Assembly: GCA_036374135.1 (NCBI GenBank)
Contig: DASUUK010000031.1
Span: forward strand, 19,084 to 83,083
Source of the DNA: Euzebyales bacterium
GTDB lineage: Bacteria; Actinomycetota; Nitriliruptoria; Euzebyales; JAHELV01
Direction: 5' to 3'
Length of the DNA: 64,000 nt
Shown: piece after piece, positions 1 through 9,029 of the stretch
Layout: each line of letters begins with the position of its first letter
How positions within the stretch are numbered: the stretch's first letter is position 1
Notes under the pieces: model-generated
What the model was told of the DNA's origin: nothing
Databases searched by the model: none
The model's input: only the letters and a program-made list of their open reading frames with translations
Position numbers and translations under genes: made by a program

Positions 1-300
1 GAAGAACGTCGCACCCAGCGGGATGCCGACGAAGAACACCATCGTGATGCCGTGCATCGTGTACAGCTGGTTGTACAGCTCAGGTGACAGGAAGTCGTTC
101 TCCGGCACGGCCAGCTGCACGCGCAGCAGCAACGCCTCGACGCCCGCGACGACGAAGAAGAACATCGTCGCGATGAAGTACATCATGCCGATCTTCTTGT
201 GATCGGTCGTGGTGACCCAACTCCACAGGCCGGTCGTTGCCTTTGGCCGCTGGAGGATCCTCAGGCCGGTCGAACCGGTGTCAGCGGGGACTGCGGTCAT
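1..300 (-). CDS. ctaD: cytochrome c oxidase subunit I, first 100 codons (gene runs off the left edge)
   Basis: Not in the ORF track because no stop lies in the window. My reverse-complement translation from the ATG at 298-300 gives MTAVPADTGSTGLRILQRPKATTGLWSWVTTTDHKKIGMMYFIATMFFFVVAGVEALLLRVQLAVPENDFLSPELYNQLYTMHGITMVFFVGIPLGATFF. This is a typical CoxI N-terminus (TTDHKxIG, YNQxxTMHG). It starts 41 nt after the ctaC stop. Confidence 0.85.
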   Translation of the reverse strand, partial: MTAVPADTGSTGLRILQRPKATTGLWSWVTTTDHKKIGMMYFIATMFFFVVAGVEALLLRVQLAVPENDFLSPELYNQLYTMHGITMVFFVGIPLGATFF

Positions 301-340
301 CGGGTGCACCCTCTCGCGTCGCTATGGGCGGACATGGCGG

Positions 341-1444
341 TCACTCCAGCGTGTACAGGTAGGCCGACAGTGCGTCGATCTGCTCGTCGGACAACCCGAG
401 GTTGGGCATCTGCGACCCAGGCTTGACCTCCTGGGGGTTGCGCAGCCACGCGGCCAGCTGCTCGGGATCGTCGACGTCGAAGATCCCGCCCGCGAACTTG
501 TTGCGGCTGGCGAAGTGCGTCAGGTTCGGACCGATGCGGACCTCAGCCGCCGCGCCGCCCGCCGCGGACTCGTAGCCGTCGATCGCGTGGCAGTTGATGC
601 ACGTCTGCGACTCGAACAGCTCCTGGCCCTCCGCCGCGAGCGCGTCCGTGGCGGGTTCGGCGGGCTCGGTCTGCGACGCCAGCCAGGCCTCGAACTCGTC
701 GGGTTCGTGGGCGATGACCTCGAAGCGCATCCGTGCGTGGCTCAGGCCGCAGAACTCGGCGCACTGGCCCGGGTACGTCCCGGGCTCGTCGGCCTGGATC
801 GTCAGCGGGCGCGTGTGCCCCGGGACCACGTCCTGCTTGCCGGCGAGCCGCGGCACCCAGAAGCTGTGGATGACCCCGTTGCTCACGGGCTGACCTACCT
901 GGGGCTCCTGATCGAAGCCGGGATCGGGCTGCGTGGCCGACAGCGACTGCATGTTCAGCGCGACCGGGCGGTCCGTCGGGATGTGCAGCTCGTTGGCGGT
1001 GATGACGCCCTGACCCTCGTCGCCGAGGTACTCGAACGCCCACCAGTACTGCTTGCCGACCACGCGGACGTCGAGTGCCTCCTCGCCGGGGTCCTCGGCG
1101 AGCTCGAAGATCGTACGCACCGTCGGCACCGCGATGCCCACCAGGATCAGCGCTGGGATGATCGTCCACAGCAGCTCGAGCCGCGTGTTCCCCGCGACCT
1201 GCTTGGGGATCTCGTCGCCGCCCTTGTCGCGGAAGCGGAACACGGCGATCAGGATCAGGGCCTGCACGATCACGAACACGACGACCGCGATCCAAAAAAC
1301 CAGATCCCACAGCTGGTCCTGGCTCTGCGCGACCGGTCCGGCGGGGTTCAGTGCGCTCTGCGGCAGCTCCTGCACGCCGCACCCGGCGATCGGCACGCCG
1401 AGCACGATCGTCCACGCAGACCACCGACGCCTCGCGGCCCTCAT
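341..1444 (-). CDS. ctaC: cytochrome c oxidase subunit II with C-terminal cytochrome c domain (caa3-type)
   Basis: ORF 341..1549. I prefer the internal ATG at 1444 (MRAARRRWSAWTIVLGVPIAGC, signal/TM-like). It has the CuA motif HSFWVP...QCAEFCGLSHARM and a C-terminal heme-c motif, CINCH. Confidence 0.9.
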   Translation of the reverse strand: MRAARRRWSAWTIVLGVPIAGCGVQELPQSALNPAGPVAQSQDQLWDLVFWIAVVVFVIVQALILIAVFRFRDKGGDEIPKQVAGNTRLELLWTIIPALILVGIAVPTVRTIFELAEDPGEEALDVRVVGKQYWWAFEYLGDEGQGVITANELHIPTDRPVALNMQSLSATQPDPGFDQEPQVGQPVSNGVIHSFWVPRLAGKQDVVPGHTRPLTIQADEPGTYPGQCAEFCGLSHARMRFEVIAHEPDEFEAWLASQTEPAEPATDALAAEGQELFESQTCINCHAIDGYESAAGGAAAEVRIGPNLTHFASRNKFAGGIFDVDDPEQLAAWLRNPQEVKPGSQMPNLGLSDEQIDALSAYLYTLE

Positions 1445-1702
1445 GTCATGAATCCGGCGCGGGTAGCGCTGTGACACTGACGCGTCCTCTCTGGTGGTCT
1501 GCTGTCCGGCGGAGCCGGTCCGCCAGTCGTTCGTGGAACCAGGCCCCACGAATTGCCTGTTGCCGCCTGCCTCGCGGGCCGGCGGGCAGTGTACGACGCC
1601 GCTCGTGGCTCGCCTCGATGGTGGGGGGCGGCCGCCCGTGGCGTCGTTGCCGCTAGTGTGACATGCCGCCGGGCAGGCCCCAACCCGCGTACCGTCGAGG
1701 CG

Positions 1703-2773
1703 TCACCGCCGGCCGCCGCGACGTAGCGCCATGCCCGTCAGCAGCTCGAGCACGACGCGGTTCGCCAACCGCGCCGTGATGTCGGCGGGCTGGTCGTAGT
1801 GCGGTGCGACCTCGACCAGGTCGGCGCCGACCACGTCGGTCTCGCGCCCGATGCGCTGGACTGCGTCCAGCAGCTGGCGCGCGGTCAGCCCTCCGGGCTC
1901 GGGCGTGCCGGTGCCCGGCGCCATGCCCGGGTCGACGACGTCGATGTCGATCGACACGTACACGCCCCGCGCGCCGTCGCCGATCGCCGTGGCGACCGCC
2001 TCGTCGACGACAGCGTCCAGGCCCCGCCGCGTGATGTCCGCCATGAACCAGCTGCGCATCCCCTGCGCCCGCATCCAGGCGACCACGTCCGGTGGCGGCC
2101 AGTAGCCGCGCAGCCCGATCTGAACGAACCGGGAGCCCGGCACGGCGCCGGACTCGATCAGTCGGCGCATCGGCGTGCCGTGGCCGTGCAACTGTCCGTA
2201 GTGCGACTCGGCCGTGTCGGCGTGCGCGTCGAAGTGCACGAGCGCGACGTCGCCGGCGCCGATCTCCCCGGCCACTGCCCTGGCGCTCGGGAACGTCACG
2301 GTGTGGTCACCGCCCAGCAGCACAGGGACTGCATCGGCGCGCCGGATCGCGGCGACGACCTGCTCGATGCGTTCGAGCGACAGTTCGGTGTAGCCGGGGA
2401 CGACCGCCACGTCGCCCACGTCGACGACGTCGAGCGCCGCCAGCGGATCGATCCCGGCCGTCAGGTGGGGCCGCGCACCGTCCCGGTCGAGGTAGTCGCC
2501 CGTGCGGATCGCCTCCGGGCCGAACCGTGCACCCGGCCTCGCGGTCGTGCCCCAGTCGAACGGGGCACCGACGATGGCGACCATGCCGGACCGCAGATCG
2601 CCGAGGTCCGCCGGCGGCACCCCGGCGAACGCGGGGTGGAGGTGGGCGAGGTGCGCATCGGCCGGTGGCGTGGGCGGGACCGGGGTCGCAGGATCCGCCG
2701 GACGTGGGCGGTCCGGTCGGGACGGCGTGTCGTTGCGGGGTGTGGGATCCGCCGGGGGCGTGGGATCGGTCAT
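1703..2773 (-). CDS. agmatinase/ureohydrolase family protein (arginase fold); substrate not assignable
   Basis: This is the C-terminal 356 aa of ORF 1703..3973, starting at the ATG at 2773 (MTDPTPP...). Arginase-fold metal motifs are present: VHFDAHAD, LGGDHTVT, SIDIDVVDP, GTPEPGG. A roughly 50-aa Pro-rich N-terminal leader makes the start uncertain. The upstream part of the long ORF overlaps the next gene in another frame and is an artefact. Confidence 0.85.
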   Translation of the reverse strand: MTDPTPPADPTPRNDTPSRPDRPRPADPATPVPPTPPADAHLAHLHPAFAGVPPADLGDLRSGMVAIVGAPFDWGTTARPGARFGPEAIRTGDYLDRDGARPHLTAGIDPLAALDVVDVGDVAVVPGYTELSLERIEQVVAAIRRADAVPVLLGGDHTVTFPSARAVAGEIGAGDVALVHFDAHADTAESHYGQLHGHGTPMRRLIESGAVPGSRFVQIGLRGYWPPPDVVAWMRAQGMRSWFMADITRRGLDAVVDEAVATAIGDGARGVYVSIDIDVVDPGMAPGTGTPEPGGLTARQLLDAVQRIGRETDVVGADLVEVAPHYDQPADITARLANRVVLELLTGMALRRGGRR

Positions 2774-2799
2774 GTCGTCGGCTCGCTCGAACGGTGGGT

Positions 2800-4191
2800 T
2801 CAGTGCCGCATGAGGCGCTCGGCGATGCTGCGCCCACTGGGCGGGCGTCCGGTCCGCTCCGCGCGCCGGTCGATGTGCGACAACGCCCGCTGGATGTAGC
2901 GGGCGCCGATCCAGCGCAGCGGTTCGGGCTCCCAGCGGCGTGAGCGGTGACCAGCCATCGGCAGCGCCGTCAGTGGTGACGGTCGCCCCGTGATGAGATC
3001 GGTCAGCGTGCGCCCGGCCAGGTTGCTCGCGGCGACCCCCTGGCCCGTGTAGCCCCAGGCGCCGGCGAGCCCGGTGGCGGGGTCGTAGGTGAAGTTGGGC
3101 AGCCAGTCGCGCGGCATGCCCAGCGGGCCGCCCCACTCGTGGCTGATTCGTGCGTCGCGCAGCACAGGAAACCACGAGGTCAGCATGGACCGCAGCAACC
3201 GGTGGGTCGTCGCGTGGCGGTCGAACCGTGCCGCGACGCGCGAGCCGAAGTGGTACGGCGCGCCACGACCACCGAACAGGACGCGTCCGTCGGGTGTCCG
3301 CGACAGGTAGTCGACGGTCAGGCGGTGCGACGACAGGCACTCGTGGCCCTGCCAGCCGATCTCGTCCCAGCTCGCCTCGTCGAGGGGCTCGGTCAGCACG
3401 ATCAGCGAGTAGACGGGCAGCACCGACCGCCGCAGGCCGGGCAGCCGAGCCGTCCACGCTTCGGTCGCGGCCACCACCACGCCGGCGTCGAGCCGACCGT
3501 GGCGCGTGTGGACGGTCGCGCGGTCGGTGGTGCCCGGTCTGATGGGGTCGATGCGCGTGACGGGCGTGCGTTCGAAGACGTCGACACCGCGTCCTTCGAC
3601 CGTGGACGCCAGGCCACGCACCAGACGCCCCGGGTGCACGGTCGCGCAGTGCGGGTCGAACAGCCCGCCGTGAGCACCCGCGATGCGCACCCGCGCGCGC
3701 ACCTGCTCGGCGGTGAGCTCGCGGATCTCGTCGTCGACCCCGAGGGTGCGGTAGGCCTCCGCGGAGGCACGCAGGCCCGCGACCTCGTGGACGCCGCGGG
3801 CGACGCGCAGCATGCCGCCCTTGCGGAACGCCGCGTCGATGCCCGTCATCTCGCACGCGCGCCCGACCTCGTCGACCGTGTCGCGCATGGCGGTCACGAC
3901 CGCGCGCGCCCGGTCGCGTCCGTACCGCGCAGCCAGCCCTGACGCGGACAGGCCGATGCCCGACGAGCACCACGCCCCGTTGCGTCCGGAGGCGCCGAAC
4001 CCTGCGATCTCGGCCTCACACACCGCGATCCGCAGGTCGGGGTCGCGCAGCGACAGGTACCAGGCCGTCCACAGCCCAGTGAAACCGCCACCCACGATCG
4101 CGATGTCGACGCCATGGCGGCCGCGCAGGGCCGGCCTGGGTCGGAGGTCGCCCGCGGTCGCGAGCCAGAAGCTGACGTCGGAGTAGCGCAT
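2800..4191 (-). CDS. FAD-dependent oxidoreductase, PuuB/OrdL-like (gamma-glutamylputrescine oxidase-like)
   Basis: ORF 2800..4317, using the internal ATG at 4191 (MRYSDVSFW). It has the dinucleotide fold DIAIVGGGFTGLWTAWYL and GFGASGRNGAW, as in the PuuB/DadA family. It lies 26 nt upstream of the ureohydrolase gene on the same strand. Confidence 0.8.
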   Translation of the reverse strand: MRYSDVSFWLATAGDLRPRPALRGRHGVDIAIVGGGFTGLWTAWYLSLRDPDLRIAVCEAEIAGFGASGRNGAWCSSGIGLSASGLAARYGRDRARAVVTAMRDTVDEVGRACEMTGIDAAFRKGGMLRVARGVHEVAGLRASAEAYRTLGVDDEIRELTAEQVRARVRIAGAHGGLFDPHCATVHPGRLVRGLASTVEGRGVDVFERTPVTRIDPIRPGTTDRATVHTRHGRLDAGVVVAATEAWTARLPGLRRSVLPVYSLIVLTEPLDEASWDEIGWQGHECLSSHRLTVDYLSRTPDGRVLFGGRGAPYHFGSRVAARFDRHATTHRLLRSMLTSWFPVLRDARISHEWGGPLGMPRDWLPNFTYDPATGLAGAWGYTGQGVAASNLAGRTLTDLITGRPSPLTALPMAGHRSRRWEPEPLRWIGARYIQRALSHIDRRAERTGRPPSGRSIAERLMRH

Positions 4192-4353
4192 GATCGGGGC
4201 GCAGCCTATGCGACCCGCCCGCCGCTCCGCTGTGCCGCCCGCGCTCCGCAGGCCCGCCCACCGACCCGAAACGGACACCAGGGACACACCCGACCGTGTC
4301 ACCGGTGTCCGGTTCACGTCGCTCGACCGGCTCCCGCACTAGCGTTGACTGCG

Positions 4354-5934
4354 ATGATCACCGCACCAGCCTGGATCGACCCGCACGGCGCGGTGCGCGC
4401 CGTGGCCCCCACCGACCTGGACCGGACCTGGGACGCCATCGTCGTCGGTGGTGGCCACAACGGCCTGACCGCGGCCGCGTACCTCGCGCGGGCCGGTCGC
4501 CGCGTGGTCGTGCTGGAGCGCCGCGACCGGGTCGGCGGTGCCGCCACGCTCGAGGAACCGTGGCCGGGGCACCGGGTGTCGCCGTGTGCGTACCTGTCGG
4601 GCCTGCTCCATCCGGTCGTCGTGCGGGAGCTCGAGTTGCGACGGTACGGGTACGACGTCGTCGTACCGGACCCGGGACTGGTGGTGCCGCTGCCAGACGG
4701 CGAGGTCTTCGTCGAGTGGGGCGACCACGATCGGACGCTGGCCGAGGTGGCCCGCCTTGCACCGGGTGACGTCGACGGGTTCGCGCGCTACCAGATCCTG
4801 CTCGACCGCATGGCCGACGCGCTGCGCCCGCCCGACGACCGGGACGTCTGGCTCGGCACCCCTCCCGACCGCGATGAGCTGGCCGAGCGGCTCGATCACG
4901 ACGCCGAGGCGCTCGACGTGCTGTTCGAGCTGTCGATGGTCGATCTGCTGTCCAGATACCTTGACGACCAGCGGCTGATCGACGCACTCGCCGGCCAGGG
5001 GATCATCGGCACCTACGCGTCGCCCTACGACCCGGGGACGGCCGCGGTGCACTTCCACCACTCCTGCGGCTGGACGAACGGCCGGCGCGGCGCGTGGGGG
5101 TTCGTCCGTGGCGGCCTGGGCCAGGTGTCGTTCGCGCTCGCCGGATCGGCCGCCGCCGCCGGCGCCGTGATCATCACCGGCGTCACGGTCGCCAGGATCC
5201 GTCCGGGGGTGGGCGTCGAGTGCGACGACGGCACCGTCCTGCGCGCGCCGGTCGTCGTCAGCAACGCCGACCCGGTGCGCACGCTCGGTCTGCTCGACGA
5301 CCCACCCGCTGCGTTCGCCGACCGCGTGCGCGCGCAGCCGACCGACAGCGCGGTCGTCAAGGTCAACCTCGCGCTGTCGGGCGCACCGGTCTTCCCCGGC
5401 GCGCCGCCCCGCACGGCCGTGGTCAACGCCACCGGCGGGGCCGCCGCCCTCGACGCGTCGTTCCGCGCGGCCGTGCGGGGCGACGTGACCGACGAGCTGT
5501 GGGCCGAGCTGTACGTGCACACGGCCTACGACCCGACGATCGCGCCGCCCGGTCGGCACATCGTCAGCGCCTTCTGCCAGTACGCCCCGTACACGTTCGC
5601 GCGCGGCGACTGGCACAGCCGCCGCGACGACGTCGGCGACCGTGTCGTGGCGTCGATCGAACGGATCGCGCCGGGGTTCGGAACGCTCGTCGTCGACCGC
5701 GAGGTCCTCGGTCCACCGGACATCGAGGCCCGCATCGGGCTCACCGGTGGGCACATCTTCCAGGGCGAGTGCCGGCCGGAGTGGCTGTGGGACCGCCGCC
5801 TGCCGGCGCGCACGCCGGTGCCGGGGCTGTACCTGTGCGGCGCGGCGACGCATCCGGGCGGCAGCGTCATCGCCGCCAACGGTCGCAACGCGGCCGGGCT
5901 CGTGCTGGAGGACACCGGCACGCCGCACGGCTGA
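4354..5934 (+). CDS. NAD(P)/FAD-dependent oxidoreductase, phytoene desaturase (CrtI)/amine-oxidase-like
   Basis: ORF 4114..5934, using the ATG at 4354 (MITAPAW). It has the motif DAIVVGGGHNGLTAAAYLARAGRRVVVLERRDRVGGA and a C-terminal GLYLCGAATHPGGSV typical of the CrtI-like family. It is divergent from the PuuB-like gene. Confidence 0.8.
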   Translation: MITAPAWIDPHGAVRAVAPTDLDRTWDAIVVGGGHNGLTAAAYLARAGRRVVVLERRDRVGGAATLEEPWPGHRVSPCAYLSGLLHPVVVRELELRRYGYDVVVPDPGLVVPLPDGEVFVEWGDHDRTLAEVARLAPGDVDGFARYQILLDRMADALRPPDDRDVWLGTPPDRDELAERLDHDAEALDVLFELSMVDLLSRYLDDQRLIDALAGQGIIGTYASPYDPGTAAVHFHHSCGWTNGRRGAWGFVRGGLGQVSFALAGSAAAAGAVIITGVTVARIRPGVGVECDDGTVLRAPVVVSNADPVRTLGLLDDPPAAFADRVRAQPTDSAVVKVNLALSGAPVFPGAPPRTAVVNATGGAAALDASFRAAVRGDVTDELWAELYVHTAYDPTIAPPGRHIVSAFCQYAPYTFARGDWHSRRDDVGDRVVASIERIAPGFGTLVVDREVLGPPDIEARIGLTGGHIFQGECRPEWLWDRRLPARTPVPGLYLCGAATHPGGSVIAANGRNAAGLVLEDTGTPHG

Positions 5935-6096
5935 CCGAACGGCCCACGGCGCCGCACGCGGCATCATACGATCATGGGCGCACCGCACCACGATCGTGCG
6001 GCGCGTCAACCTTGCCGGCACCGCCGGACGACGATCTCCCGATGGACAGGACGGTGCAGTGGGCGTACAGCTGGCTGTGGAACCGGACGTGCGGCG

Positions 6097-7167
6097 ATGA
6101 GCGACGTCAGCGCCGTGCGCCTCAGCGGGGTGACCAAGCGCTTCGACGAGGTGACCGCCGTCGACGCGATCGACCTGGACATCCGCGACGGTGAGTTCTT
6201 CTCGCTGCTCGGGCCGTCCGGCTGTGGCAAGACGACGACGCTGCGCATGATCGCCGGGCTGGAGTACCCGACCGCGGGCACCGTCAGCATCTTCGACGAG
6301 CAGATGAGCCTGCGTCCGCCGAACAAGCGCCCGGTCAACACCGTCTTCCAGTCCTACGCGTTGTTCCCACACATGTCGGTGCACGACAACGTCGCGTTCG
6401 GCCTGCAGATGCGCCGGCTGGACCGCGACGAGACGCGACGGCGCGTCGGCCAGGCCCTCGAGCTCGTCCAGCTGACCGGGCGTGAGCGGCGCCGACCGAA
6501 CCAGCTGTCGGGTGGACAGCAGCAGCGCGTCGCACTGGCGCGCGCGTTGGTCAACGAACCGAAGGTGCTGCTGCTCGACGAGCCGCTGGGCGCGCTGGAC
6601 CTCAAGCTGCGCCAGGCAATGCAGCTCGAGCTCAAGGACCTCCAGTCGCGCGTGGGCATCACGTTCGTCTACGTGACCCACGACCAGGAGGAGGCGCTGA
6701 CCATGTCGGACCGCATCGGCGTCATGGACGCCGGCCGGTTGCTGCAGGTCGGTGCCCCCGAGGAGATCTACGAACGCCCGACGTCGCCGATGGTCGCCGA
6801 CTTCATCGGCGACACGAACATGCTGAACGCGACCGTGAAGGGCCCCGATCAGGTCGCCCTGGGTGACGGCCAGGTCGTCGCCGTGACGACCGACGCCCCG
6901 GCCGGCACGAAGGTCACGTTGACGCTGCGCCCCGAGCGGCTGCACGTCGAGGCGGCCGACGCCACGGTCGAGCCGCACCACAACGCGTTGGACGCGAAGG
7001 TGACCCGGCGCGTCTACCTGGGCAACGCGGTCAGCTACGACGTCCGTGCCGGAGACCTCGATCTGCGCGTGCGCCACCGCAACGTGCCGGGGCGACCGCG
7101 GTACGGGGTGGGCGACGCCGTCCAGGTCCACTGGAGCCCCGACGCCGCGGTCGCGGTGTCCGCCTGA
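6097..7167 (+). CDS. potA: spermidine/putrescine-type ABC transporter ATP-binding protein
   Basis: ORF 5974..7167, using the ATG at 6097 (MSDVSAVRLSGVTKRF). It has Walker A GPSGCGKTT, signature LSGGQQQRVALARAL and Walker B LLLDEPL. A C-terminal TOBE-like tail is present. Confidence 0.85.
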   Translation: MSDVSAVRLSGVTKRFDEVTAVDAIDLDIRDGEFFSLLGPSGCGKTTTLRMIAGLEYPTAGTVSIFDEQMSLRPPNKRPVNTVFQSYALFPHMSVHDNVAFGLQMRRLDRDETRRRVGQALELVQLTGRERRRPNQLSGGQQQRVALARALVNEPKVLLLDEPLGALDLKLRQAMQLELKDLQSRVGITFVYVTHDQEEALTMSDRIGVMDAGRLLQVGAPEEIYERPTSPMVADFIGDTNMLNATVKGPDQVALGDGQVVAVTTDAPAGTKVTLTLRPERLHVEAADATVEPHHNALDAKVTRRVYLGNAVSYDVRAGDLDLRVRHRNVPGRPRYGVGDAVQVHWSPDAAVAVSA

Positions 7168-8072
7168 TGGCCCAGACGCTGGTTCCCGACCCCGAGGCGT
7201 CGCCGGAGGCCGACGCCGGTCTCGAGCACGCGGCCGCCGCCGAACGCTCGCGCCGGGGTGCCTGGATCGCCCTGCCGCCGGCGCTGTACCTGGTCCTGCT
7301 GTTCGCCCTGCCACTGGTCATCGTGCTCGTGTACTCGTTCGCGACACGCGGCAGCACCGGGCAGACCATCCTCGCCGACTGGAACATCGCGTCCTACACG
7401 CGGCTGCTCAACCCCCTCGTCCGGGAGATCGCGCTGCGGTCGGTGGGCTACGCGTTGCTCACGACCGCGCTGTGCCTGGCCGTGGCGTACCCCTTCGCGT
7501 ACTACATCGCCACGCGCTCGCTGCGGGTCCGCAACATCCTTCTCGTGCTCGTGATGATCCCCTTCTGGTCGAACTTCCTCGTCCGCACCTACGCGTGGCG
7601 CCTGCTGCTGTCCTCGTCGGGGCCGCTGTCGCAGCTGACCGAGGCCATCGGGCTCGGACAGACACGGCTGCTGTTCACGCCGGTGGCCGTCGTGCTCGGG
7701 CTGGTGTACGGGTACATGCCGTTCATGATCCTGCCGCTGTACGCGGCGATCGAACGCATCGACCTGGGACTCGTCGAGGCCGCGCGTGACCTGTACGCGT
7801 CCGGGCCCCGGGCGTTCTGGCGCGTGACCTGGCCGCTGTCGCGGCCGGGCGTGATCGCGGGCTCGATCCTGGTGTTCATCCCGAGCCTCGGCGCCTACGT
7901 CACGCCCGAGATCCTCGGGGGCTCCAAGACCACGATGCTGGGCAGCTACATCGTCCGCCAGTTCCTCTCGGCGCGTGACTGGCCGTTCGGGTCTGCGCTG
8001 TCGTTCGTGGTCATGGCGTTGATGCTGGCGGCGACGCTGATCTACTTCCGCACCGGGGGGCGAACGCTGTGA
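7167..8072 (+). CDS. potB: polyamine-type ABC transporter permease
   Basis: ORF 7167..8072. Its ATG overlaps the potA stop (TGATG). It is a multi-TM protein with the EAA-like loop IERIDLGLVEAARDLYASGPRAFWRVTWP. Confidence 0.85.
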   Translation: MAQTLVPDPEASPEADAGLEHAAAAERSRRGAWIALPPALYLVLLFALPLVIVLVYSFATRGSTGQTILADWNIASYTRLLNPLVREIALRSVGYALLTTALCLAVAYPFAYYIATRSLRVRNILLVLVMIPFWSNFLVRTYAWRLLLSSSGPLSQLTEAIGLGQTRLLFTPVAVVLGLVYGYMPFMILPLYAAIERIDLGLVEAARDLYASGPRAFWRVTWPLSRPGVIAGSILVFIPSLGAYVTPEILGGSKTTMLGSYIVRQFLSARDWPFGSALSFVVMALMLAATLIYFRTGGRTL

Positions 8073-8106
8073 GCGCCTCATGTAGCGGCAGCGGTAGGCA
8101 CACATC

Positions 8107-8949
8107 ATGAGCGTCGCCGACGGGTCGACGGTCAGGCCGCGCGGGGCGGCACGGCGCCTGCTCGCCGCCAACGCGTGGCTGGTGTACCTGTTCTTCTACG
8201 CACCGATCGTCGTGCTGATCGTGCTGTCGTTCAACAGCAACCGCCTGGCGGGCATCTGGCAGGGCTTCACGCTCGACTGGTACGCCGAGATGCTCGACAA
8301 CACCGCGGTGCTCCGGTCGATCCGCAACTCGGTGATCGTGGCGTTGTTCTCGACGGTCGTGTCGACCGCGCTCGGCACGGCCGCCGCACTGGCGATCGAA
8401 CGGTTCCGCTTCCGCGGCCGGCAGGCTTTCGACGCACTGCTCTACCTGCCGGTGATCGTCCCCGACGTGACGATGGCAGTGATGCTGCTGCTGTTCTTCG
8501 TGCGCACAGCGGACGCGCTGTTCGTGGTCAGCGGTGCGCAGGTGCGGCTCGGGCTGACGACGATCACGCTCAGCCACATCGCGTTCAACATCTCGTTCGT
8601 CGCCATCGTCGTGCGCGCGCGGCTGGCGGGCATGGATCCGGTGCTCGAGGAGGCCGCGGCCGACCTGTACGCCGACCGGTGGCAGACCTTCCGCCGGGTG
8701 ACGCTGCCGCAGATGATGCCCGGTGTGCTCGCCGGCGCGCTGCTCGCTCTGACGCTCTCGCTGGACGACGTGGTCATCACGAGCTTCGTGTCCGGGCCGG
8801 GCTCGACCACGCTGCCCGTCTACGTGTTCGGTCTCGTCAGACGTGGGGTGACCCCGCTGATCAACGCCGTGTCGACGGTCATGCTGGTGGCGTCGATGGT
8901 CCTGGTGTTCGGCTCGGTGGTGTTGCAGCGCCGGCGCGGACCGACGTGA
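8107..8949 (+). CDS. potC: polyamine-type ABC transporter permease
   Basis: ORF 8107..8949. It has the EAA loop LEEAAADLYADRWQTFRRVTLP and is a 6-TM type permease. Confidence 0.85.
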   Translation: MSVADGSTVRPRGAARRLLAANAWLVYLFFYAPIVVLIVLSFNSNRLAGIWQGFTLDWYAEMLDNTAVLRSIRNSVIVALFSTVVSTALGTAAALAIERFRFRGRQAFDALLYLPVIVPDVTMAVMLLLFFVRTADALFVVSGAQVRLGLTTITLSHIAFNISFVAIVVRARLAGMDPVLEEAAADLYADRWQTFRRVTLPQMMPGVLAGALLALTLSLDDVVITSFVSGPGSTTLPVYVFGLVRRGVTPLINAVSTVMLVASMVLVFGSVVLQRRRGPT

Positions 8950-9029
8950 CACCCTGGGACGGGCCCGCGGTTTGCACGCCGGCCCCATTCGTGGCAGACA
9001 ACAACGCACAGACCGACAAAGGAACGTTC

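Noticed and set aside
2774-3973. N-terminal 400 aa of ORF 1703..3973, which would make a 756-aa 'agmatinase'.
   Set aside because: This part overlaps the PuuB-like gene (2800..4191) in another frame and has an Arg/Pro-rich nonsense composition. The ureohydrolase homology starts only after the ATG at 2773.
5987-5996. 10-bp perfect palindrome CACGATCGTG upstream of potA, as a possible operator.
   Set aside because: It is short and GC-rich, it cannot be extended, and it has no associated regulator gene. This is insufficient to call a site.
4339-7314. A 991-aa ORF on the minus strand. Similar very long ORFs occur at 33368..35476, 41856..43760, 10106..11179 and 50556..51986.
   Set aside because: They run antisense to clearly recognisable genes (the CrtI-like gene, potA, the UvrA-like gene, the DynA-like gene, and others). 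Their translations are Arg/Pro/Gly/Ala-rich and low in complexity, with no motifs. Stop codons are rare in every frame at about 70% GC, so such shadow ORFs are expected.
8175-9029. N-terminal 285 aa of ORF 8175..10205, an apparent 676-aa PotD.
   Set aside because: It overlaps potC out of frame. The internal ATG at 9030 gives a textbook lipoprotein signal peptide (LAAC lipobox).
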